Positions 45,971 through 55,671 of a DNA stretch of 64,000 nt are shown piece after piece (position 1 is the stretch's first letter; every line of letters begins with the position of its first letter). This DNA comes from Candidatus Kaiserbacteria bacterium (lineage in GTDB: Bacteria; Patescibacteriota; Minisyncoccia; Phycocordibacterales; UBA2100). The notes beneath the pieces were generated by a model. It saw nothing but the letters and a program-made list of their open reading frames with translations, made no database searches and was not told where the DNA came from. Location: the NCBI GenBank assembly GCA_016432285.1, contig CP066682.1, positions 528,428-592,427 on the forward strand, in the 5' to 3' direction. The position numbers and the translations under genes are program-made.

Positions 45971-46132
45971 ATGTTCATCGATTCCGACGGCATCGATCTC
46001 GGTGGCACCCTTGGAGCCTTTTTTGGCACCGACGTGGCAGAGTTGCCGCTGAAATCTCAGTTGAAAATCTACGCAACGCTCGCGGCAGTTGCGACGATCG
46101 TGGTGTCCGCCCTCTTGTACTATCTCGGCTGA
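45971..46132 (+). CDS. Possible 53-aa tail-anchored small membrane protein (not in the ORF track)
   Basis: ATG preceded by GGAG. C-terminal hydrophobic helix. Followed by a stem-loop terminator (46160-46200). Confidence 0.25.
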   Translation: MFIDSDGIDLGGTLGAFFGTDVAELPLKSQLKIYATLAAVATIVVSALLYYLG

Positions 46133-46192
46133 TGGGGATTCGATCCCCCGCTGCCAAACGTGCCCCGGGGAAACCCGAGGCACGTTGTTTAT

Positions 46193-47398
46193 TCAGCCGT
46201 TGATTTTGAAAACAAACTTTGGATGCTCCTGCAAAGCTCTCTCGAACGACTCCGGCGTAAACTTCGCGAAATCGAGCACGGTGCCCTTCCCTTCTTTTAG
46301 AATCTTCGTCCAGATCGCTTCCTGAATGCCGTTCTGCTTGTCGGAGAGCATGCGCTGCGCGATTTGCCAGGTCTGAAAAATACGCCGGCCGATGATGCCG
46401 TGCAGCGTAAGGCCGCGCATGATCACGCGCGGTGAAAAATGCGGGATCGTAAGGTCGCCGTCTTTGATCCCAAAGAGAATCACGTGCCCGCCGCGACGGG
46501 TGCTTTCAATGCAGTTGTTGATCGAGGAGAACGGCCCGGCCATCTCCATGGAAATGTCGACGCCCTTGCCGTAGGTGAGTTCCATGATTTTGTCGACAAC
46601 TCCTTTGTCTGCCTCCCATTCCTCCCGTTTCTTCCCCTTTTCGATCAAAATCGTCTCGTGCGCGCCGAGCTCCTTTGCCAGCTTGAGATTCTGTTCGTTC
46701 ACATCGACCGCAATGATCTTGGCCGCGCCGAAGCGTTGCAAAAGGAGGATGGCGAACATGCCGATCGGGCCTGCACCCATGATCGCGACGCGCTGTCCGC
46801 GAAAGTCGGTAACGGTGCATGCGTGCACCGCATTGCCGAAGGGATCGTAAATGGCGGCGATTTCGGGCCGGACGCGGCGATCGTCTACGGCCCAGAGATT
46901 TTTGGCGGGGATCTTTACGTACTCGGCGAAAATACCGTCGGTCGAGATGCCGAGAATCTGCTCGTTGAGGCACACGTGCTCCTCACCGATGCGGCACTGG
47001 TAGCAGCGGCCGCAGGTGATGTGTGAATCACCAGAGACCAGCGCACCGACTTCGATTTTGGCGGGGTTCTTCTGATCCTGGTCGTGGTAGAGCCGCTCCA
47101 CCATGGAGCCGACTTCCACGATCTCTCCCAAAAATTCGTGGCCGGTCACGCGCATCGTTTTGCCCTCCCGCTTCAGCGAATCGTGTACCAAATCTTTAAA
47201 GGCGGAGCGACTCCAGAGGCCCTTGTCGGAGCCGCACACTCCCGCGTACTTCATTTTGAGAATGACCGCCAAGGCGTCGTCCGGATTCTTCTTCTCGTCC
47301 AGAGTCGGCATCGGAACCTCCCGCATCACGAAGCCTCGGCTCCCCTCCCAGCCATCCTTTTCGATATCGAGCGTCAGGGCCTTGACCGTAGTACTCAT
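46193..47398 (-). CDS. tdh: L-threonine 3-dehydrogenase (Zn-dependent MDR family)
   Basis: GHEFLGEIVEVG zinc-ADH signature and GAGPIGM Rossmann motif. Adjacent kbl. Confidence 0.8.
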   Translation of the reverse strand: MSTTVKALTLDIEKDGWEGSRGFVMREVPMPTLDEKKNPDDALAVILKMKYAGVCGSDKGLWSRSAFKDLVHDSLKREGKTMRVTGHEFLGEIVEVGSMVERLYHDQDQKNPAKIEVGALVSGDSHITCGRCYQCRIGEEHVCLNEQILGISTDGIFAEYVKIPAKNLWAVDDRRVRPEIAAIYDPFGNAVHACTVTDFRGQRVAIMGAGPIGMFAILLLQRFGAAKIIAVDVNEQNLKLAKELGAHETILIEKGKKREEWEADKGVVDKIMELTYGKGVDISMEMAGPFSSINNCIESTRRGGHVILFGIKDGDLTIPHFSPRVIMRGLTLHGIIGRRIFQTWQIAQRMLSDKQNGIQEAIWTKILKEGKGTVLDFAKFTPESFERALQEHPKFVFKING

Positions 47399-47451
47399 AG
47401 AGCGCAGCTTATCAAAAAAACTTCATCTGTCATACAATTGGTGTTCACCGT

Positions 47452-48156
47452 ATGAATGCCGAACGATTGGACAGGACGCGAAGCAACGAGCTCGACCCGA
47501 TATGGGCCACCGCATCGGTTCATGCCTTGCAACAAGGCGGCACGCAGGGAGCGCCTATAGTGCACGAAGACGATCGAGAGATCGTTCATCGGCTCGTGGA
47601 TATGCCCCGAAAAGTAACCGGTATCTCGCGGGCTCGACTCGAGCTCGACCATCGCACCATCAAGGCACGCGAATCCTCTCGCAGAAGCTACGCCCTGAAT
47701 TTCAAATACGTTGCGGACCAACCTGAAGACAATCCACTGCTCGCCGACCTCTTTTTCGGGTCGGAGGATTTTCGCACCTTCTCTTTAAGCCATCGTGAAG
47801 TGCTGCCCGGAATGCGACGAAAGAGTATCGGCAGCGACCTCTTGCACGACGCGGAGCAGTGGTTTGCGGCTTTGGCAGCCGCACGAGGCGAGCCGCTTCT
47901 TCTCAAGATACCGGCCGCACAAATCGGCGTCATTCACTGGGCGCTGCAAAATGGGTACGAGGTGGAGCCGTGGGATAAAAGCCTTCTTGAAAGAATACAG
48001 AACCATCCCGAACAGTTTGATATTCACGATGTGGAGAGACCAGACACAGGCGTCGGTGAGCAGTACATTTTTCCCAAAAACATGAGGGATCAAAATATCA
48101 AAACGGCGATCCGACTCAACATGACCAAGACGATCGAGGCTTCGAAAGAGGGGTAA
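47452..48156 (+). CDS. Hypothetical protein, possibly GNAT-fold acetyltransferase-like
   Basis: RRKSIGSDLLHDAEQWFAALAAARGEPLLLKIPAAQIGVIHWALQNGYE resembles GNAT motif A/B. Confidence 0.4.
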   Translation: MNAERLDRTRSNELDPIWATASVHALQQGGTQGAPIVHEDDREIVHRLVDMPRKVTGISRARLELDHRTIKARESSRRSYALNFKYVADQPEDNPLLADLFFGSEDFRTFSLSHREVLPGMRRKSIGSDLLHDAEQWFAALAAARGEPLLLKIPAAQIGVIHWALQNGYEVEPWDKSLLERIQNHPEQFDIHDVERPDTGVGEQYIFPKNMRDQNIKTAIRLNMTKTIEASKEG

Positions 48157-48163
48157 TCACTCG

Positions 48164-48181
48164 GTGGACCAGAGGGGAATC
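48164..48181. repeat. 18-bp direct repeat copy of the tRNA-Ala 3' end
   Basis: GTGGACCAGAGGGGAATC occurs at 48164-48181 and 48303-48320. The second copy is part of the tRNA. Confidence 0.6.
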
Positions 48182-48303
48182 TCCCTCGCCTCTCGCTTCG
48201 CCGTCGCTCAGCTCGGGCTGGGCACCGCCTCGCCGTTCGGCCTACTGGCCTCACATTGCTCCGGCGTCCAATTCCCCACAAAAGCGCACGGCGCTTTTTT
48301 CTG

Positions 48304-48375
48304 TGGACCAGAGGGGAATCGGACCCCTGACCTTCTCATTGCAAATGAGACGTTCTACCACTGAACTACTGGCCC
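48304..48375 (-). tRNA. tRNA-Ala (anticodon UGC), no encoded CCA
   Basis: Minus-strand sequence GGGCCAGTAGTTCAGTGGTAGAACGTCTCATTTGCAATGAGAAGGTCAGGGGTCCGATTCCCCTCTGGTCCA folds as a cloverleaf. G3:U70 is the Ala identity pair. Anticodon loop TTTGCAA. Terminator hairpin follows at 48281-48303. Confidence 0.85.
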
Positions 48376-48444
48376 AATCTCCTCAACTAGAGAAATGTAG
48401 CAATTCGGGACAAAAAAGCCAAAACAATATATAGTTTTGCTCTT

Positions 48445-49332
<888 letters not shown>

Positions 49333-49333
49333 C

Positions 49334-49906
49334 ATGACCGGAGTCTTGGCACTCCAGGGAGATTTTGCGGAGCATGTGAGAGTGCTCGAAGCGCTCGGCG
49401 AAAAAGCCACGCTCGTCCGCCTGCCCGCGGACCTCGCGAAGGTCGAACGGCTCATCATCCCCGGGGGCGAAAGCACGACAATCGGAAAACTGCTCGAGCA
49501 AAGCGGACTCCTCACCGCGATCAAGAAACGCGCGAAAGCTGGAATGCCGATCTGGGGCACCTGCGCAGGCGCGATCGTACTGGCGAAGCACATCGAGGGC
49601 GGCAGAGCTGATCAGAAATCGCTCGGGCTCCTCGACATCACGGCCCGCCGCAACGCCTACGGCAGGCAGCAAGAGAGCTTCGAGACCTCGATCATGATCC
49701 CGACCATTTCAAAAAAGAAAATCGCTGTCGCTTTCATCCGTGCGCCGATTCTTACGCGGCCCGGCAAAGCGGTGAAAGTGCTCGCCACGCGCGGCAAAGA
49801 AATTATCGCCGTGCAGCAAGGCGATCTCCTCGCCACCACTTTCCACCCAGAGATACCTGGCTCAAAGCAGTTTCATTATTATTTTCTCAACATGGGTTCG
49901 CACTGA
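49334..49906 (+). CDS. pdxT: Pyridoxal 5'-phosphate synthase glutaminase subunit
   Basis: Class I glutamine amidotransferase (GTCAG catalytic Cys, HPE). ATG 2 nt after the pdxS stop. Confidence 0.9.
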   Translation: MTGVLALQGDFAEHVRVLEALGEKATLVRLPADLAKVERLIIPGGESTTIGKLLEQSGLLTAIKKRAKAGMPIWGTCAGAIVLAKHIEGGRADQKSLGLLDITARRNAYGRQQESFETSIMIPTISKKKIAVAFIRAPILTRPGKAVKVLATRGKEIIAVQQGDLLATTFHPEIPGSKQFHYYFLNMGSH

Positions 49907-50052
49907 TTTGTGCGATCTCACCGACCTGCTATAGTTGCAGCGTGCCGATGTTGACCGCAAGGTAACGCCGATCACCGAGCCTCCCGCGCGGAGGCTTTTT
50001 ACGTTCTCTACAGCTCCCATAGTTCCCACAGCAATGCAGAGGAGGAGGCAAA

Positions 50053-50982
50053 GTGAATACGACCACATTGAACGCGAGTGCCGTCTTTGTCGGGCAGGCG
50101 ATTCTTGACCAGATCGCCCGCGTCAACGAGATGCCGGGTTGCGATAATCGCGAGCGGGCTCGCCCCGGTGAAATCGGCTTCCAGGCAGGCGGCAACGCAA
50201 CCGTCGCGGGACTCACCTGCTCGGCGCTTGGATGGCAATCCGCTATCGTCAGCGGCGTCGCCGATGACGATGCGGGCCGGCTCCTGGAGCCCAAGATGCG
50301 TGCGCACGGCGTCCACTGGCTCCCGCGTGCCATGGAGCGGACGCCGATCGCCATGGTGATCGTCAATCCTCACGGAAGGGCGATCGTCACCAGCTCCGAC
50401 AAGGAGGCCGAATCGTACTCGCAGGACTTTCCGCGGCTCGACCTCGAAGACTGTCGACTTGTCCATGTAGACGGACGCCAACGCGATGCGGCGGAATACT
50501 ACGTGGACGAAGCAGTGCGTCTCGGCATTCCCGTCAGTATCGACGTCGGCCGCCAACGGCCTGGCATCGAGAAGCTCTTGGCGAAGGCGCGCTTTGCGTC
50601 GGTCTCGTCGAAGTACTGCCACGATACCGGCCGCACGCCGGAGAAAACGCTTGCTGACCTGCGCCGTCACGCGGAGGTCGGGATCGTCACTCTTGGCGAA
50701 AAAGGACTCAAATACTTCGTCAAGGACGGGCCGATTGAGACACTGGAAGCGTTTCCGGTGCCGCACACGGCGATCGTCGACGAGAGCGGCTCGGGCGACC
50801 TCCACAACGGCGCCCGCTGCTTCTCGCACCTGTACTGGCCCGATCGTGGCTGGGAGTGGCACCTGCGGTTCGCCAACGCCGTCGTCGCGTGGAAGCTCAC
50901 GCACTTCGGCAATGCTTCGCCCACGCTCGGTCAGGCCATGCTGACGCTTCGCCACTACGGAATCCGCGAAGTCGCAGCCTAA
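50053..50982 (+). CDS. PfkB-family carbohydrate/nucleoside kinase
   Basis: Ribokinase-like fold with C-terminal DESGSGDLHNGA (PfkB signature 2). GTG start with GGAGG upstream. Confidence 0.7.
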   Translation: MNTTTLNASAVFVGQAILDQIARVNEMPGCDNRERARPGEIGFQAGGNATVAGLTCSALGWQSAIVSGVADDDAGRLLEPKMRAHGVHWLPRAMERTPIAMVIVNPHGRAIVTSSDKEAESYSQDFPRLDLEDCRLVHVDGRQRDAAEYYVDEAVRLGIPVSIDVGRQRPGIEKLLAKARFASVSSKYCHDTGRTPEKTLADLRRHAEVGIVTLGEKGLKYFVKDGPIETLEAFPVPHTAIVDESGSGDLHNGARCFSHLYWPDRGWEWHLRFANAVVAWKLTHFGNASPTLGQAMLTLRHYGIREVAA

Positions 50983-51039
50983 GCCACTGTCTGTGGGAAC
51001 ATGAACCAGGACCCCGCGGCAACGTCGCGGGGTCTTTCT

Positions 51040-52008
51040 TTACCCGCGTGCCATACGGATTGCGTGTTCCAAAAATTCCTTGAGCGAGGAGCCGACTGCT
51101 TCAAGCGCACGCGGAAATGCGGAGCCCTCAAAGAGATGCGGAATCGAGTCGACCTCGAGCACGTGCGGGCCCCTGCGCGTGAGAATGATGTCGACGCCCG
51201 CGTAGTGCGCCATGGAGAGCGAACGGTACGCGGATTTCGCGAGCTCGGCGATCTGCTGTTTTTGCTCGATCGTAAAATTGCTCGGCACGTTGTGCTTCAG
51301 AATCCCCTGCTCGTGATGCGCGGATTCAACGTAGCGCGACCCGGCGGGCCTCACCACATGCGCGGGCGGCAGCGCGTAGAGATCTTGTCCGCGGAAATTT
51401 TCGATAACGCCCACGTGAAATTCGTCGCCCATCAAAAACTCCTGCACGATCGCCGCGCCGTACGAATCGAGCACATCGGCGATCGCCTCTGCGAGTTCGA
51501 GGACTGTCGGCGCGTATTTGATTCCGTACGAGGAGCCTTCGCTCACCGGCTTTACCACATACGGCGGGCCGAACTGCTGGAAGACCGCCTGCGCCATGTC
51601 CCCCGTGCTCATGTCGTTGCTCAGCGTAAACGCGACACTGCGCGGCGTCTGCACTCCCGCGCGCTGGAAAAAGGTGCGGGCGCGTACCTTGTTGAGCGAA
51701 AAGCCCGATGGAAGCGCGCGGGAGCCTGGGTACGGCACGCCGGAGCGGTCGAGAATGCGGTGCACCGATCCGTCTTCCCCGACGCCGCCATGGAGGGCGC
51801 TCACGACCACGTCGATCTGCGCGAGCGCGCGCGCCGGCGTAACGGGCTTCCCCCGCAAGTGCCAGAAGCCCTGCTTGTCGATCAGGATGTCGCGCGTCTC
51901 GTACGCATCCTCCGGGAGCGCCGCCATGATCGCCGCGCCCGTTTTGAGCGAGAGGTTGTATTCGTTGGATGTGCCGCCGCGCAGCACCCCGACGATCGTC
52001 TTTGCCAT
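51040..52008 (-). CDS. ddl: D-alanine--D-alanine ligase
   Basis: ATP-grasp Ddl pattern (GVLRGGTSNEY, ...PYVVKP...). ATG at 52008. Confidence 0.85.
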   Translation of the reverse strand: MAKTIVGVLRGGTSNEYNLSLKTGAAIMAALPEDAYETRDILIDKQGFWHLRGKPVTPARALAQIDVVVSALHGGVGEDGSVHRILDRSGVPYPGSRALPSGFSLNKVRARTFFQRAGVQTPRSVAFTLSNDMSTGDMAQAVFQQFGPPYVVKPVSEGSSYGIKYAPTVLELAEAIADVLDSYGAAIVQEFLMGDEFHVGVIENFRGQDLYALPPAHVVRPAGSRYVESAHHEQGILKHNVPSNFTIEQKQQIAELAKSAYRSLSMAHYAGVDIILTRRGPHVLEVDSIPHLFEGSAFPRALEAVGSSLKEFLEHAIRMARG

Positions 52009-52090
52009 GAAAAAAGTATAGCACCAAAAAGAAACGACGCCGGGAAATCCGGCGTCGTGAATCGCTGACGAATGATCGGTCGGTGGTGTT

Positions 52091-52489
52091 TCACCACGAC
52101 CGAAGCGATTTACGAAGGATAGAAAACCGGGTATCGCAGTCCGCACAGATGACGGTACCGGCGACATCTTCGACCCAGTTGTAGTAGCCGCAGTGCGGGC
52201 AGCGCACGTCCGTGGCGTAGCGGCCGATCGTAACTGTCGGCAACTTCGGGCTCGCCACGATGCGTGTGATTTCCGACATCGGCGCGACCGGATTGCGCTC
52301 GCGGAACTTCGCATTGCGGTGCGCGTCGGCGCGAGCTGCTTTGATGATCACCGGACCGCCCATCGCTGTGCGGCATCGGGGATGGTTGCACCGCAAGCGA
52401 CCACGGCCGAGTGGCGTGAAGGTGCAGGCCTGTTTTCCGTCTTTCTCCCGCGCGGGAGTCGGACGACTGCTCAAGGTACGTTCCAACAT
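52091..52489 (-). CDS. Hypothetical small zinc-ribbon protein (62-132 aa, start uncertain)
   Basis: C-terminal CPHCGYYNW...CADCD double knuckle. Confidence 0.3.
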   Translation of the reverse strand: MLERTLSSRPTPAREKDGKQACTFTPLGRGRLRCNHPRCRTAMGGPVIIKAARADAHRNAKFRERNPVAPMSEITRIVASPKLPTVTIGRYATDVRCPHCGYYNWVEDVAGTVICADCDTRFSILRKSLRSW

Positions 52490-52531
52490 TTCTTTTCTCC
52501 CTGGTAGTTGGTCGCGTATTTGTACGGCAAA

Positions 52532-53815
52532 TCAAATGCCTGTCAAACTCCTTCGCCGGCGCTTGCGGTGCCAGCCGATCGCGAAGCGGTGCGCCTCGTT
52601 GTTGGCGAGCAGAATGTCTTTTTCGTAGAGCTCGATCGCTTTGCGGTCGCCGATCAGACGCTCCGGGCGATGAAATTCGTTCTTCACAACGCCGACGAGC
52701 GGAATCAGCAGCCCCGCCTCCTTCAAAAGCCGCTCCGCTGCCCGCATCTGCGCGACTCCCCCGTCGACGACGAAGACGCGCGGGAGCGGCCACTCCGGAT
52801 GATTGAGCCGCCGCGAGAGCGCCTCGCGCAAGGCCGCCACGTCGTCGTTGGTGGCGCTCCTGATCTTAAACTTGCGGTACGAATTCTTGTCGGCGTGCCC
52901 ATCCTCCACCACAGTCATCACGGCCACCGTCTCCGTGCCTCCCGTGTGCGCGACGTCGTAGCTTTCTATTCGCGTGCCTGCGGCGCGAACGATTCCACCA
53001 GTCGCGATCCGTCGGTCTTCCTTGATGAGCGAGACGTCGCGCACATGTTCGAGCGCGCCGATCTGCCGCTTCAGAAGTGCGGCCTCTTCAAAGCGTTGCT
53101 CACCCGCGGCCTTTTTCATATCGACGGCCAACTGCCGCTTCAGTCCCTTGAAGTTGCCCCTAAAAAGCTCCGCGAGGTGCCTGATCCGATCGGCGTACTC
53201 TTTTTTGCTCATCTCGCCCGTACACACTCCGGGACAAAGCCCGATCTGGCGATTAAAACAGGGCCGGCACAAGGACTCCCCTTGTGCGGCCTTTTTTTTG
53301 GTCATTTTTTGTTGATCGGGGCACGGGACGCATGTGGAATCGCGGTATGGAAAGATGCGACGCACCAACCGCAGCGCCTCCTGGAGCGAACCGCCTTCAG
53401 GAAATGGCCCGAACAGGTGTTTGATGTCAGCCTTGTGCCAACCGTGGTAGAGCTCGCGTCCGCGCACCGGCAGGAGTCGCGGAAAATCTTCCTTCGTGAT
53501 GACGAGGTAGTTGTAACTTTTGTTGTCCTTCTCATCGACGTTGTAGGGCGGCTGATGCCGTTTGATGAGACTCGCTTCGAGAATAAGGGCTTCGAGCACC
53601 GAATCGGTCCTCTTGTGCGAGATCGAATCTGCACTCGCCACCATGCCCACGATGGCAGGACTTCGCGCGAGGGCGAGATCGCTCGAGAAGTAGCTGCGTA
53701 CCCGATCCCGGAGCGAGGCCGCCTTACCGATGTAGAGGATTTTTCTCCTCTTCCTGAAGAGGTAGACACCGGGGCCGTCGGGCAATTTGATTTTTTTGAG
53801 TTCATCCTTTGTCAT
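52532..53815 (-). CDS. uvrC: Excinuclease ABC subunit C, short form (lacks the C-terminal HhH)
   Basis: GIY-YIG N-terminus (GVYLFRKRRKILYIGKA), UvrBC-interaction region and RNase H-like endonuclease domain. Only 427 aa. Confidence 0.8.
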   Translation of the reverse strand: MTKDELKKIKLPDGPGVYLFRKRRKILYIGKAASLRDRVRSYFSSDLALARSPAIVGMVASADSISHKRTDSVLEALILEASLIKRHQPPYNVDEKDNKSYNYLVITKEDFPRLLPVRGRELYHGWHKADIKHLFGPFPEGGSLQEALRLVRRIFPYRDSTCVPCPDQQKMTKKKAAQGESLCRPCFNRQIGLCPGVCTGEMSKKEYADRIRHLAELFRGNFKGLKRQLAVDMKKAAGEQRFEEAALLKRQIGALEHVRDVSLIKEDRRIATGGIVRAAGTRIESYDVAHTGGTETVAVMTVVEDGHADKNSYRKFKIRSATNDDVAALREALSRRLNHPEWPLPRVFVVDGGVAQMRAAERLLKEAGLLIPLVGVVKNEFHRPERLIGDRKAIELYEKDILLANNEAHRFAIGWHRKRRRRSLTGI

Positions 53816-53908
53816 CGTCGATGAGTATACCTAATTGACGATCTCGCGCCCGTACTGTTTGATGCTCGGGGGACTGCACACAGCCCGCAGTCCAAAAAGG
53901 AGAGACCC

Positions 53909-54439
53909 ATGAGTGAGCCATTGCTTGTGCCATACGGCACCGTGGCGCGCCCCGTGGGGTTCGCCGTACTGATCATTGATATGCAGCCGGAGTATTTCAA
54001 AAAACCGACGCGCCGCAAACGCGAGCGAATGCTTGCCGCGCAGCAGCAAGCCTTGGCATTCTGCGCCACGATTGATATCCCCGTCGCCATGGTTGAGTTC
54101 GGCGCCGAGGAGACCATTACGGAAATCTCTGCATCCGTACATCGTGTCCCGCGGAGCGTGCGATTACGCAAGCACAGCGCGGATGCGTTTTTCGAGACCT
54201 GCCTCGACGAGCAGCTGCACGCATGGCATGCACGCACGCTTGTCCTCGCGGGACTCGTTGCGGGCGGATGCGTACTCGCGACGGCTCGGTCGGCCCTCTC
54301 GCTCGACTACAACGTACGAACGAGCGAGGCACTGATCGGCGACGAGGATTGCGACAACCTCGAAATCACCGTCGACAAGTGGTACCGCGAACGAAACCTT
54401 CTCATCGACCCTGATATGCGACTCCTCTTTGGGTCGTGA
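53909..54439 (+). CDS. Isochorismatase-family cysteine hydrolase
   Basis: VLIIDMQ...LVLAGLVAGGCVLATA. Followed by a strong hairpin terminator. Confidence 0.75.
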   Translation: MSEPLLVPYGTVARPVGFAVLIIDMQPEYFKKPTRRKRERMLAAQQQALAFCATIDIPVAMVEFGAEETITEISASVHRVPRSVRLRKHSADAFFETCLDEQLHAWHARTLVLAGLVAGGCVLATARSALSLDYNVRTSEALIGDEDCDNLEITVDKWYRERNLLIDPDMRLLFGS

Positions 54440-54476
54440 GCGCGCCGGATCCACGGATCCGGCGCGTACCTTTTCC
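54440..54476 (+). terminator. Rho-independent terminator
   Basis: GCGCGCCGGATCC-ACG-GATCCGGCGCG followed by TACCTTTTCC. Confidence 0.6.
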
Positions 54477-54480
54477 CCGT

Positions 54481-54625
54481 TTGACATTTCCAAAAAAAGG
54501 AATAGACTTATGCTTTAATGTCTCTCCCAGAGCGCAATCACACCGGCACCCGAAAGGGTGTATTTTTGTATCCCGCTGAAAGCGGGCTTTTTTTTACCTC
54601 GAGCGCCGAGAGGCCGCACGTATGA
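54481..54625 (+). promoter_or_regulatory. carAB promoter plus leader-peptide/terminator attenuator
   Basis: TTGACA (54481), about 16 nt, then TAGACT. A 35-codon leader ORF (54518-54625, MSLPERNHTGTRKGVFLYPAESGLFFTSSAERPHV*) whose TGA overlaps the carA ATG. Within the leader ORF: a U-rich tract, then hairpin CCCGC-TGAAA-GCGGG followed by 8 U (54572-54595). Confidence 0.45.
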
Positions 54626-55671
54626 AGCTCCACCTCGAAGATGGATCGATGTGGGAGGGTCAGAGCTTCGGCGCACCTATCGCCAAAGGTCGACAGGTGC
54701 ACGGCGAGGTCGTTTTCAACACAGGCATGGTGGGCTACCCGGAAGCCCTTACCGACCCATCGTACGCGGGCCAGATACTCGTCACCACCTATCCCCTCGT
54801 CGGCAACTACGGCGTTCCTGATCCGAAAACACTCGAATCCGAAAAGATCCAGATCAGCGGGCTCGTGATCTCCGAATACTGCGAAGAGTACAGCCACGCC
54901 GGCGCTGTGCAGTCACTCTCTGAGTGGCTACGGGCCGCGGGGGTGCCGGCCATCAGCGGAGTGGATACACGTGCGCTCACGAAGCGCTTGCGAGAGCACG
55001 GCGTCATGCTCGGACAGCTCTCCGAGGGTCGTCCCGCCAAAAAATTCATCGACCCCAACGAGCGAAATTTGGTTGCCGACGTGAGCCCTCGCAAAAAGAA
55101 AGTGTACGGATCCGGCACGGTAAAGATCATCGCGCTCGACTGCGGCATGAAGGAAAACATCGTCCGCTCGCTGGTGCGAAAAAATGTGACGCTCGTGCGC
55201 GTCCCGTGGGACTACGACTTCACCAAGGAAAAGTACGACGCGCTCTTTATTTCGAATGGCCCGGGAGATCCGACGCAGTGCGCCGCGACGATCGAGCACA
55301 TTCGCTATGCAATAAAGAAGAATAAGCCCATCCTCGGCATCTGCCTTGGCAATCAGCTCCTCGCGCTCGCCGCAGGCGCCAAGACCTACAAGCTGAAATA
55401 CGGCCATCGCTCGCAAAACCAGCCCGCCATCGAGGCGGGGACCGATCGTTGCTACATCACTTCGCAAAACCACGGATTCGCCGTCGACGAAAAGTCGCTC
55501 CCCCCAGGATGGGAGCCGTGGTTCCACAACGCCAACGACGGCAGCAACGAGGGCATCCGGCACAAGACGAAACCATGGCGCTCCGTACAGTTCCACCCCG
55601 AGGCATGCCCCGGGCCCACCGACACCGCCTGGATCTTCGACGATTTCCTCCGCTCTCTCAAAGCCGTATGA
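54622..55671 (+). CDS. carA: Carbamoyl-phosphate synthase small (glutaminase) subunit
   Basis: CPSase small-subunit N-terminal domain and GATase catalytic triad region (GICLGNQ). Confidence 0.95.
   Translation: MKLHLEDGSMWEGQSFGAPIAKGRQVHGEVVFNTGMVGYPEALTDPSYAGQILVTTYPLVGNYGVPDPKTLESEKIQISGLVISEYCEEYSHAGAVQSLSEWLRAAGVPAISGVDTRALTKRLREHGVMLGQLSEGRPAKKFIDPNERNLVADVSPRKKKVYGSGTVKIIALDCGMKENIVRSLVRKNVTLVRVPWDYDFTKEKYDALFISNGPGDPTQCAATIEHIRYAIKKNKPILGICLGNQLLALAAGAKTYKLKYGHRSQNQPAIEAGTDRCYITSQNHGFAVDEKSLPPGWEPWFHNANDGSNEGIRHKTKPWRSVQFHPEACPGPTDTAWIFDDFLRSLKAV

Noticed and set aside
46133-46152. tRNA-like T-arm motif GGGGATTCGATCCCC.
   Set aside because: No matching acceptor stem or anticodon arm upstream. 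It is interpreted as part of a terminator hairpin region after the small ORF.
48164-48185. Possible second tRNA gene at the upstream copy of the tRNA-Ala 3' end.
   Set aside because: Only the T-loop 3' half and acceptor 3' strand (about 20 nt) are present. The upstream sequence cannot form T-stem, anticodon or D arms.
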